Origin: Felis catus
Lineage: Eukaryota
DNA length: 64,000 nt
Assembly (NCBI RefSeq): GCF_018350175.1
Contig: NC_058375.1
Location: 96,720,001-96,784,000, forward strand
Direction: 5' to 3'
Shown: in pieces, positions 36,329 through 47,514 of the stretch
Position numbering within the stretch: the stretch's first letter is position 1
How the letters are laid out: every line of letters starts with the position of its first letter
Position numbers and translations under genes: made by a program
Notes under the pieces: model-generated
Databases searched by the model: none
What the model saw: the letters and a program-made list of their open reading frames with translations, nothing else
What the model was told of the DNA's origin: nothing

Positions 36329-36523
36329 AACCAATCGGTGGTCCTCGCTCTCGCCGAGGGTCCGCCCCCTGCCCGCTGGGGGCCAATCCCCGGCGAGGGA
36401 GTCGAGTGCCGGGGCTCGTTCCCAAGCGCCCGGCCTGTGACGGCAGCGCGCCGGGCGCCGCGCGGCAGAGGGGGGCGGGGCTCTGGATGAGGGATGGGCG
36501 AGGGCGGGGGGAAGGGAAGAGGG
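36329..36523 (+). promoter_or_regulatory. Probable TATA-less core promoter: two CCAAT boxes (36331, 36383), GC boxes (36361-36370, 36471-36480, 36502-36511)
   Basis: AACCAATCG and GGCCAATCC (NF-Y-type); TCCGCCCCCT and GGGGGCGGGG (Sp/KLF-type); 550-740 bp upstream of the ATG. The exact TSS cannot be determined from sequence. Confidence 0.6.
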
Positions 36524-37052
36524 AGGCGGAGGAGGTTGCGGCGGGTTTGAAAGCGGCAGTTTCCTGGCAGCTTGGGCAGGCGTTGGTCTCCGCGCTCCAG
36601 CTCCGCAGCGGCCACGATCGATCCTGCGACGGGTCTACGCGCGCTTCTGCGCGCCCCCGACGGATTTTTCCCGTTCCGGCTCTTCCCCCTTCACCTCCCC
36701 GCCCCCCTGCTTCTGTCTTTCCCGCCGCTCCGCCGCGGAGCCCGGGGGCCAGCCGGCGGCCGTGACCCCGCCCGAAACCCCTCTGGAGCCGCCCGGGGAC
36801 AGTTCCCCTCTCCTTTCTTCAGCCTCGCCCGGGGTGGCCCTCGCGCAGCCCGGCAGCTCCGGGGAGCGCAGCCGGGAGGGGCGTCCAAGGGGCGTCTCGG
36901 GGCTGGGAGCAGCCCGGCCCCAGCGGGCTGCGGTCGGGGGGGTGGGGGCGCCGGAGCGGCGAGGCCCCCTCGCCGGGCTGCACGGGCCGCCGGGCCCCCA
37001 GGCTGAGAGGGGGCCGGAGCGGCGCCCCCGCCGCCCGCGCGGGGTCTCCCCC

Positions 37053-37088
37053 ATGGTGCAGCGGGGTTCGGGATGTCGAAGACGCTGA
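37053..37088 (+). other. Out-of-frame upstream ORF ([11 protein letters not shown]) overlapping the MAGI3 start codon
   Basis: ATG at 37053 (CCCCCATGG) lies 20 nt before the main ATG; its TGA stop at 37086-37088 is inside the MAGI3 CDS. Confidence 0.75.
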
Positions 37089-37388
37089 AGAAGAAGAAGC
37101 ACTGGCTCAGCAAGGTGCAGGAGTGCGCGGTGTCCTGGGCCGGGCCCCCGGGCGACTTGGGCGCGGAGATCCGGGGCGGCGCGGAGCGCGGCGAGTTCCC
37201 CTACCTGGGGCGGCTCCGGGAGGAGCCCGGCGGGGGCACCTGCTGCGTCGTCTCGGGCAAGGCGCCCAGCCCGGGGGATGTGCTGCTGGAGGTGAACGGG
37301 ACGCCTGTCAGCGGGCTCACCAACCGGGACACCCTGGCTGTCATCCGCCACTTCCGAGAGCCCATCCGTCTCAAGACTGTGAAGCCAG
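37073..37388 (+). CDS. MAGI3: First coding exon of MAGI3 (membrane-associated guanylate kinase, WW and PDZ domain-containing 3); encodes the N-terminal PDZ0 domain; gene continues beyond the window
   Basis: Translation [46 protein letters not shown]...[38 protein letters not shown] is recognised as the MAGI3 N-terminus. In-frame upstream stop TGA at 37004-37006. 5' splice donor CAG|GTACGC at 37388/37389 (316 nt, phase 1). Lies in a CpG island. Confidence 0.96.
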
Positions 37389-40300
37389 GTACGCCGGCCC
37401 TGCCTTTTCTGTTGCGGGGTCTGGGGGAGAAGTCGGGGTGGGCGTCCTGGGAGAGGCAGCCACTCCCCACCGCTTATCGCCCTGGGGAATCTTAGACTCC
37501 GTGGTTGCTCCGGACTCGCTGGCGAGGGGGAGGGGCGGCGATGGTGATTCCCGTTTTGCCGATGGGAAAACTGAGCTCTGGCTTGGCCAGGCTGCTCTGC
37601 AAGCTGTCATAGATTTGCAACCAGAAGCAATTAGGGTTTCCTAAACCTGTAGCCCTGTCTCCTACCGAGAGTTTTTGACTAGAGGGAAAACCAGCCTTTT
37701 CCGTTCTCCTTTGTGAAGAAGGTCCTCCTGATTGTAGCATGTTCTTTGGAACAGTCTTACGCGTTTTCTAATAGGGAAAGAGGCTTTCTACTACTGAGGC
37801 ACTTGGTGCCGGCGTTACTACCTAGTGTACCTAGGAGGGCTCAGCTGCTTCAGTGTTTCTTCTGCACTAGCAACACCTTGGAGCTGACAGCCTAACTCAC
37901 TCGGTCCAGGTGGTTTCAGGTGTCTGGGTATCGATGCGGTACAGAATGTGGTATGTGGCCCAGCAGTGTGTTCTTGCGGGGAGCTGTTGAATAGTCTGGG
38001 TTTCTAAAGAAGACCTAGGTGCCTCTTTCGAGTCACATCTCTTGTAAATCTTTGATTTTACACCGATTTTGTTGACGTGGTGGGTGAGATGGACCCCAGT
38101 TGCCCTGGTGTGTTTCACGCGAGTAAAATCTGCTGCCAAGCACATTACGTTTAGGTTTCAAAGCATTGATCAGACTGCGTACAGTGAAACCCGATAGGAT
38201 GCAATAGTCCTTCTGTATTTGTTATTCACGGCATTGTTCCTTTCGGCATTGGTTAGAACGTGGTTCTGTTTTCTGAGATGCTTGCGGGAGAGAGAGAGAA
38301 TTATGATCACAACGTTGTTAGGAATCAAACTAGTTTTGCTGAGCGTGCCCCACTGAATATATAGTGCATCAGAATATAATGGGCTGTTTAATTGTGACTT
38401 GGGCTAGAGGAATCAGTCCATCCCTTGACTGCAAAATGCTAGAAAATTCGGGAGAAAATTTTAACATGTTCTCTCCCTCTCCCATTGTTTTTTCTTTCTC
38501 AGCAGCTCACTTTGGAAATCTCTCTTTCATAGTCCTTGGGCTTAATGGGGACTGATGGTTTGTGGTGCAGTATACGTATGTGAGTATTGTGGGTGTATAC
38601 ACACATACACACACACACACTCACATGTCCCTGTAATCTTAAATGAAGGTTTTCTTCGTGTGATCTCTCATCATGTTCATTTAAAGCTTATGGTTTATGT
38701 ATGGTTTTCTTTTTTATTGTTAATTTGAATAACTTTGGCAGACTTGAAACATCTTCTGTATAGTTTTGCAAATTCAGAAATTCTTAACTCAAACTTTTAG
38801 AGTCATACGTCAAAGGGGGAGGGAAGGTTTTGGGGGCTGTAATGGCTGTAATCTAGGGAGTCAAGCACTGTCTGTAATATGCAAAATACTATATAACACA
38901 GCATTTACTAATCTAGATGTCATGTAGTTCAAATCCCATGAGTCAGGGAATAATGAGAACATCTGCATCATTGCCTTGTGTTTTGTTTTGATTAGTTGGG
39001 GCACGAATGAGAGTATAACTGTTATTTTCAAAAATAGTTTAAGATTTAATGGGAGGAAGTTGATGTATCCTCAAATTACTGTGATTCTTTTATAGACGGG
39101 GAGTATTGGTTTGGTCTGCATGCTATATATTTTCTCAAAGTTTATATCAAATTTGAGAAAATAAATCAGAATTTAGAGTGTATTCAGTAATACGGATTAG
39201 CTGTGTTGGATGAACATCATATGCCCCAGAACGTAGTTGACAGTTTTACAGTAATAAAATTCTGCCCTCTTGACAACCTCAGGCACTGTCCTACTTCAAA
39301 TGTTTGGCCAAAAAAGGGGAATAATTTATATTAATGGGTTGAGCATATTTCATATTTTCTGATCATTAAGTATAAAGGTTCTGAACACTACATTTATTTT
39401 TTTAAAGATCTGCTCTGCTTCAGTAATTTCTAAAGGATACCACTATGTGTCATCTGAGTTATTCTTGTTTCTAAGCAAGTTGTAATTTAAAGATTTTAAT
39501 TTCTCCAAGAATAGTATCCTTAGGTTTCTAATGGGCTCATGTTAAGCATTAGATTAAATGGTTTTCTTGAATGGCTATGCTAAAACATTTGTCATAAAAT
39601 AGCACGATTTTTGCAGGCTAAGTACAAGATTTCAGAATTAAATTAAAGAAATTAAAGAGCCAAAAGAGGTAACTCCTAGAACTTTGGGTGTGATTAAAAC
39701 CAGAATAAATACCATCTCCAATGGAGACGAAAATTTTATATTGTTAGGATTAAATTTGAAAAGTATGAAAATACGGAGTGAGGACATTTAAAAAGGAACT
39801 TGCTCTGCACGGTTTTTTTTCCCCATTTTATTTAAACTCAGAGAAATGGATTTTCCAATTTAATAAGGAATTGTAAAGTGTACTTAGCACTGTCTCTTGT
39901 CTTACAGAACTATATTCATAACATACCATCTAGAAACTAGCACAGTACAAGAATAAACGTAACCATTTTTGTGAGATGTAATATTGGTGGGGGATGATCT
40001 CACGTTCATTGTCTTCTGACAAAGTCCATGGCAAAAGGATGTGTATGGATCTTTCCGTGTGTGTGTGTCTAGTACATGCTAAGGGGAGCCCAGCCAAAGC
40101 CAGCACCAACACCCGGGTGACTTGAGATTCTTTCTAGCAGGGACCGTCTTTAGCTTTGATTTGGGGCTTACTTTTTTTTTACTTGCAAATTCCATTAAAG
40201 ATTATAATAAAATAAACTCTTTAAATATGCTTCCTAATCCTAGGCATTTCTTGAAGAATTAGGGAATTTCTTATTGGAATCTTACTCGTATTTAGTATTC

Positions 40301-41601
40301 ACATAGTTCTTAGTGGTGAGTATGTTTCTGCTTCTAAGATAGTCTTTAGTTTCACCCATTCCTTGGCCCAGCTGGTCACCTGTTTCTTAATTACAGCCCT
40401 GTCTTTTTTTTTTTTTTTCCTCTGCAAAGAGAGAAGTTTTCACTTGAATTTGAACTTTGTAGTTTCACAGTAGTAAAGGAAGTTGAACTTTAGACCTATG
40501 ATGAAATTGTTTCATGATCTAGTCCTGTAAGCAAGATTAGTTTCTTTGAACTTATTTCAGAGCATATTTTTAAGCAATTTCTATTCTGATTAACGATAGG
40601 AGTAGTTAATTTGGTTCTCAATTTCTCCAGACTGTGAATGTACAGAGTTTTAGGGAATATTCACTTCTTCATATACATTTAAACACCTATTTCAGTGGTT
40701 GCGGATTATGTGGCTTTTATTTCAGAGATTAAGTATTGATATAGTAAGTACATGAAATCCTTGTCTACTGCATTATTATGCACACTCTGCTTTCAACTAC
40801 CTTATGTCTGTTACTGTATCTAGAGAAGAAAATCATGAGGATCAATGTCATTGTTTAAACAAACACTAATTTGAAACATCTTGTTTAATGCCAGTTAATC
40901 ATAGGTAAAAGTCTTTGCCATTGACTCTTTGAGCGTCTGATTTATAGGGGAATTTTGTTAAAATGAGCACATTCCTAGAAATACATTCCCCATGGGTGGG
41001 GACACACTACTAGAAGCTTTTAAGTCAGGATGTTTGTGCTATGCCAGTCATCAATAACCCTATCTCCCTTTCTTTTCACTTTTGGATCTTTTTGTTTTTT
41101 TGGTTTAGAGGGGATTTTGGGCTTGGGGGTTTTGTTTGGGTGGTTGTCCTATTTGAAGAAGGGGAGAGTGAGAGAAGTTAGAGTTTAATTGCTAGCCTCC
41201 TAGGTTTCCAATACAAAAAAAAAATTTTTTTTAACACCAGAAACTAGGGAACATAGCATTAAATTTTGATAAACCTTAAATTGGAAACTTTCCTGTTTTC
41301 TCAAATTTTGGTAGCAGTTTTTTTGGGTCTAAAATTGGTCACAAGTAATTGAAGTAACTTCAGGTTCTGGACTCTTCATTGACACCTTTGATTCATGTGA
41401 ATAATGGGCTTTTGCCATAGACGCAGAAGAAACACTTAATATTTGGCCCCTTTCAGTTTTCAGATCATTTTTATTTCATTCAGCTTAATGCTAAAACTGG
41501 TTTTCGTAGAACGGAACTGTGTTCCTGGGGAATAGAAATTGTTTTTCCTCTGAGATCCTGGGATGTGTTTTATAAAACCTCTTAATATAAGAGACAAATT
41601 T

Positions 41602-41604
<3 letters not shown>

Positions 41605-41642
<38 letters not shown>
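41605..41642 (+). repeat. (TG)19 perfect microsatellite in MAGI3 intron 1
   Basis: Direct read. Confidence 0.97.
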
Positions 41643-41645
<3 letters not shown>

Positions 41646-42821
41646 CCTGGTCTCTAATTTATGTAAGTTGGTGATAAATCTGCATTTGCTCTAGTATCTG
41701 ACTTACAAAGTCAGTGCATACCCTTCTCAGGTGAATAGTTTCATATAATATCTTTACTATATAACCCCTAAGTGCTTTATAAATTTTGTGAGCGCTTAGG
41801 GGTTTGGGGAGTATGTTGTAGGAGAATTTCATTTTTATGAGCCACTTCAGTATTTGGTACCAATTTCAAACTCTGCCAGTTTCCACGTCAATTTTCAGTT
41901 GTTTGTAATTTGATAAAGGATACATGTTTTGGTATGGAAGACTAGAATGGTGACTCCTTTAATTAGTCAGTTTTGGTTCTCTTCTGAACTTTCAAGCAAT
42001 AATTTCCTTGTAATACTACATTTTGGCATAGAGGGGAAAAAAATGCCCTTTATTTAAAACTGCTCCTGAGGGTAAAGTTTTCAGTGGCTCGGCGGCGAGT
42101 GTTGTGAGAGACGTGTTTGTGGGGAAGAGTTGCTCTTTTTTTCCTTGAACAAATATTATTCAGAATGTTTCCCTGGAAAGGTGCTTATTTTACTTTATAA
42201 AGAGAAAACAAAGGATCAATTACTGGCACACATTCATTCCCTCAACAGACATTTGGTGGCGGTACCCCATGTGAACCAGGGCTGGTGATATAAAAATATG
42301 AAATATAAAAGTGAATCAGAAATGGCCTCTGTCTTCCGAGAAGCTCACACTTTTATGGGAGCTTAAGATTCCACTGGTAAGGACTATCTGTAGGAAGCGT
42401 TTTCCCTTTTCCACTTTTCCCCTAGTACCTAAATAAAACTCTTTAGGTCAGTTTGAGTATGAATTTTGGTGGAAGCTACACTAATGGGTTGCCAAGCACA
42501 CTTCTAAAAAGCGGTGCGGGTTTACATGTTAGAATTTGGGTTCTCAAGTCATTCCAAAAAGAGGGAAATAAAATATAGACACAATTATCTTTCGAAAAGC
42601 CCTTAGTTAAATTGCTTTCAAAATATACTGTATCTGTGTTTTATTTACAGCGTATTTTATACATTGTATTGTGCCATTTGTAGGATAGGTACTATATGTC
42701 TTGTTTCCACTTAACGCTGAAACCAGTTGCTGTGTTTTGGTTGAGCACCAGATGAAATAGTTGGCTCGCATTCAAGAGTTGTTTTGTTGTGTTGTGTCTC
42801 TTTAAATAAAACTTATTTCTG

Positions 42822-43050
42822 GCACGCCTGGGTGGCTCAGTCAGTTAAGCATCTGACTTCGGCTCAGGTCATGCATGATCTCACAGTTTGTGAGTTCTAG
42901 CCCGCATATGGTTCTGTGCTGACAGCTCAGAGCCTGGAGCCTGCTTTGGATTCTGTCTCCCTCTCTCTCTTCTCTTCCTCTGCTCATGCTCTGCCTCTGT
43001 CTCTCTCTCCTTCAAAAATAAATAAATGATAAAAAAAAATTAAAAATAAC
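42822..43050 (+). mobile_element. Can-SINE (sense to MAGI3)
   Basis: Full SINE; degenerate TSD ending C(T/C)TATTTCT. Confidence 0.9.
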
Positions 43051-44627
43051 AACACCTATTTCTTAATTTTAAGAAATTATCCCCATCTGGGTGTACATAG
43101 TGAATTTGTAGGAGTTAAATGTGTACATGTTAAATGTGAAAGAACATTTCCTTTTTGTGGCTTGTTAGGGTCTTTGCCACCTGCTCTTATTTTCTGCCTT
43201 TGCTACCTGGGGAGAGAATTGTAAAGAATTTTGAACTTACCCTGGCTTTGAAAGATGGATGTATTTTCGTTGAGTGAAATTAGTATCCTTTTAGTAGTAT
43301 GTAAGAAGCAGAAGAGAAAAACATGGGGCAAGAATATTCAATACAGATAGGTTTACAGTATAGTCTATCTCAATAGTGTGCGAGTATGTGTATAAAACCT
43401 TACTTTGTATAAATGCACAAAAACGGCATTATAGAATAATTGAAAAATGGAGAATCATACTAATTGTTTAAGTATGTAGGTAGTTCTAATATGAATCTTC
43501 TTATAAGGTTTGTTTTTTTTTTTTAATTGGAGCTTGAAATGTTTTTCTTGTAGAATAATGTTGGTAAAGTGCTTAATGCTATTTCTACCTTCAGCCTTAT
43601 TCAACTCATAATGTAATGAGTATTTTTATTTAACCCATAATGTAGCTGAAATATTACCAGTAGTACTGTGCTTTATGGTAATAGGCTTTCTTGTGTTACC
43701 TTGGAAGCCTAGCCGATTTTATAGGAAAATGCAATTTCCTAGTCTAGTAAAAAGGGAACTGGAAATAGATTTCCACCTTAACTCCCCCTTCTCTTTTGTT
43801 ACAGTCACAGTTGACTGACTTCCAGAGAAGAGGGTCATACCATTATATCTCCATCCCCCCCCCCCCCCCCCCCATGTGTTCTGATGCATCTGCATTGCAG
43901 TGGTTCCCAGGAGCAATTCTGCCTCCCTCCCCGCTAATTTCAGTCATCCCATGGTGGGGATGCTTGGACTACATTTTGCTGGGGAGCCACCTGAGTGCCC
44001 CAAACTTTTTTGTGATAATGTATTTGCGGTTCAGGGCTTTTAAAGTATTATGGAATGCAAATTGGAAGGAAATTTTGCTTCAGATTTATTGAAATGAGCA
44101 TCTATTCTATTTGGAGGCTGTCCCTCTTGTTTTGGGCATGCATTATGAACAGTAACTGACTTAATTAAAACTTTCTAGCATCTTTGGCTCTTTGCTTTTT
44201 CATTGTGGAGATAATTTTAAACACATAATTATTTTTCTTGCTTTCAGGAAGTTTGTGAGAGGGTACCCTGTTTGTCATTGTTGTTCTGATTAGGAATTAC
44301 TTGTGACTATGAAAAAGTGGGATTTTACTGCACATGATGGACATTTCACAGAAATAGTTTGATGGAATGAAAATACTCTGAAAGGGAGGGAAAAAAGAAG
44401 CATTTACTAGTAAATGCTTTATTTCTGACCTTAGTCAAATAATTAAGTGAAATTGGCATTTTTTTCCTCTAATAAAATAATTTTTAAAAATCCCCTTTAA
44501 TGGAGTAGCCTTGGAGATCTGTTACTCTTTGGATATGGTTATCCAGTTTGCAACAGGTATCCGGTAATAGGTAGGTCAGATCTCATCAGGAAGGGGAAAA
44601 AAAAATCCTAATTCACATGTCAATTTC

Positions 44628-45110
44628 TGTGTTTGTAAGGATTCTTTAGCAAGTGACAGAAACTACTGAGGTTAATTTAGGCTAAGAAATTTATTGGCTT
44701 ACATACATGAAAATGCACGCCTACGGCTAGCTATAACAGCTAAATTCATGCTCTCAAGTGATGGTCGTTGGGACTATTACTTGGCTCTTTTCCTCTGCGT
44801 TGGCTTCTTTTTCAATTCAGATCTCCGTGTAGCAAGAAAGATGGTTCTGAACCCCCAAGTCACACAGAGTCCTTAAAGCTTCTCATCTTTGTTCTGGAAT
44901 CCAGTAACAAATCTCATGCAGGGACTTTGTGCCCATCCCTTGGACCAGTTGTAGAGAGAGGGCAGCATGGTACCCTGATTGGTCAGGCCTGTGTGAGATG
45001 TCTACTGCTGCAGCTGGGAATAGAAAGCACAGTGTGATTAATAACTGTTCTAGAACCCCAGGAGATAAGGGATGGATAGTTCCTCAAAAGACGGGATGCT
45101 GGCCTCTTTT
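44628..45110 (-). mobile_element. Old MaLR LTR (MLT1J/K-like)
   Basis: AGCAAGTGACAGAAAC...AAATTTATTGGCTT...GTGCCCATCCCTTGGACCAGT...CTGATTGGTCAGGCCTG...GGGATGCTGG. Confidence 0.7.
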
Positions 45111-45314
45111 AAAAGATTTAATCTCTCCTACTTTGAAACCAACAGCAGTACCCAGTTGTCATCAAGCTATCGTTTTTTAAAAACCAGATAGACTCTAGAC
45201 CCAAACTGAGGCACTCATTTTACTCAAATAGTTTATTTAAATATTACAGTTTTTGAAGTTTTTGATTTAAAAGTTGCTTTTATCTAAATGGTCTTTAAGA
45301 GGTCAACATCCTAA

Positions 45315-45340
45315 TTTAAAATTTTTTTTTAAGTTTATTT

Positions 45341-45389
<49 letters not shown>

Positions 45390-45527
45390 TGAATCTGAAA
45401 CAGGCTCCAGGCTCTGAGCTGTCAGCACAGAGCCCAACAACCAGGCTCGAACCCACGAGCTCAGGTCATGGGATCATGACCTGAGCCGAAGTTGGACGCT
45501 CAACAGACTGAACCACCCAGGTGCCTC
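45315..45527 (-). mobile_element. Can-SINE with (AG)~21 microsatellite (45342-45384)
   Basis: Reverse-strand SINE. Confidence 0.9.
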
Positions 45528-45697
45528 ATTTTTTTTAATGTGTGCATTTAAAAGTACTGGTTGTAGTTTTTCGTTTTTCTTTTCTTTCTTTTTTTTTCTT
45601 TTTAACATCAAGATTCTCTGAACAGTGCTGCTTGTTCTTAGGTGGATGGGATACTTTGGAGGATCGTTTAATTATCTTTGGCAGTGAGAAAATGATT

Positions 45698-45939
45698 TTT
45701 TTTTATAATCTTTTTTTTAAATTTTTTTTAACCTTTATTTATTTTTGAGACAGAGAGAGACAGAGCATGAACAGGGGAGGGGCAGAGAGAGAGGGTGACA
45801 CAGAATCGGAAGCAGGCTGCAGGCTCCAGGCTCTGAGCCATCAGCCCAGAGCCTGACACGGGGCTAGAACTCACAAACCACGAGATCGTGACCTGAGCTG
45901 AAGTCAGACACTTAACCGACTGAGCCATCCAGGCACCCC
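45698..45939 (-). mobile_element. Can-SINE with 12-bp TSD GAGAAAATGATT
   Basis: TSD at 45686-45697 and 45940-45951. Confidence 0.93.
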
Positions 45940-47297
45940 GAGAAAATGATTATTAATCTAGTTAATGGAATTTTTAAAACTTAAGATTATTGTACCATTT
46001 GAACATGAAATTCTAAAATAATTGCTTTCCAGGATATTTTGCTTTTAAGACAATGGTCTTCTTAAATATAAATTTAAGGATGCATTTTTATTGTATTTCT
46101 AAGCGTTTCCTAACAATACCTTTCAACCATGATCTCAGAGAAGTCAAACATAACGAGCCTACTACTTCACTGACTCTTTGAAACACTCTTACACTTAAGC
46201 GTGTACTGTGGTATCTGTTTAATCGCCTAAAAAGTTACTTGCAGACATTGTAGGATAAAATCAAACTACCTTTGTTTTTTCCAACCTCCACTGGGGGTAT
46301 TTGGAGTGGAAGCTGAAAATTGGAAGAGGGGTGAATAATCCGAATATCTTTGCACACTATTTTTACCTTCTTGATTACCATATAAATATCTTCAACTTGG
46401 TACCATAAAAATAATGTTAATATCAACCTTCAGTTGCCATGAACAGTAGGAGTTTTGCAGTTTGGCTCATCGTGGTCTGGTAGTTTGTATCTTTCGTGAA
46501 TGTTGAACATTGCCAAACTAATGGTAAATATTCTGTACATCAAAACCAGTATTCACGGAATTGGGTGTGATTTCTCAAGAATCATAGCATGATTTTGTAT
46601 TTTCAGATTAGTTTATGTCCATCTTGGGACGTCTTTAGACCATATTTGGAAAATCACTGCTTCTACTGCAGAAGTCTATTACCAGAGTTCAGTATTAATC
46701 CCATATATTGATTGATTAAACCATGAAATCTGTTAAAATAATACAATTTCCTTACTTCTGCTCACAGAACTGTATCTTAACCCATCTCTATAGCTTTGGG
46801 CAAAAGAACATTTTGTTAAAATATTATTAATTTTAGCTACGGATACTTTTCACTAGTTTCAGTGTTTTAAGTTGGAATGTCCATACTCCTTAAAAATTTA
46901 GTTTCCTTTTAATAGAGTTAGAATTGCTAACTAGAGCTATCTCATAGTGAAATGCTGGTGAATGAAATGACCCATCAGCCTTCCTTTGGTGCCACCTCTA
47001 GGGCGACAACCTTGCCCTGGGTCTAATAGGAATATTCTGACTTGGGGACTTGTTGCAAGAATACTAGCTGCCGAGTACTGAGTAACATCGTATGTCTGTA
47101 TGTTATACACCCACCTCATCGGGTTTATAAGGTTGTGTGTGTTGGCATACATATATTCCTGGAAAGAACTTTGTGTGTTGTCATTCTCTATGAGTCAGGT
47201 GTTATCCTCCCTCTTTTACACGTGAGAAAACTAAGGTGCAGAAAGATGAACACACTGAAGGTCTCAGACTCACGAGGAGGACTGTGAACTGAAATAA

Positions 47298-47514
47298 CTT
47301 TTTTTTTTAAACTTTTTTTAACGTTCATTTATTTTTGAGAGAGACACAGTGAGTGGGGGAGGGGCAGAGAGAGAGGGAGACACAGAATCGGAAGCAGGCT
47401 CCAGGCTCCGAGCTGTCAGCGCAGAACCTGACACGGGGCTTGAACCCACGAACCGTGAGATCATGACCTGAGCTGAAGTCGGACGCTTAACCGACTGAGC
47501 CACCCAGGCGCCCC
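47298..47514 (-). mobile_element. Can-SINE inserted at the end of a MIR (~47130-47290)
   Basis: Reverse-strand SINE; degenerate TSD TGA(A/C)CTGAA..A.CTTT. Confidence 0.92.

Larger units (their letters stand above)
35990..37570. promoter_or_regulatory. CpG island spanning the MAGI3 promoter, 5' UTR and exon 1
   Basis: Abrupt switch to very GC-rich, CpG-dense sequence, in contrast to CpG-depleted flanks; contains the MAGI3 start codon. Boundaries estimated by eye. Confidence 0.93.

Noticed and set aside
36635-37351. 238-aa minus-strand ORF, plus other 100-173-aa ORFs at 35950-37644
   Set aside because: Shadow frames of a very GC-rich CpG island, where stop codons are scarce. They are low-complexity Pro/Gly/Arg/Ala sequences with no recognisable domain, and the 238-aa ORF overlaps the MAGI3 exon in antisense.
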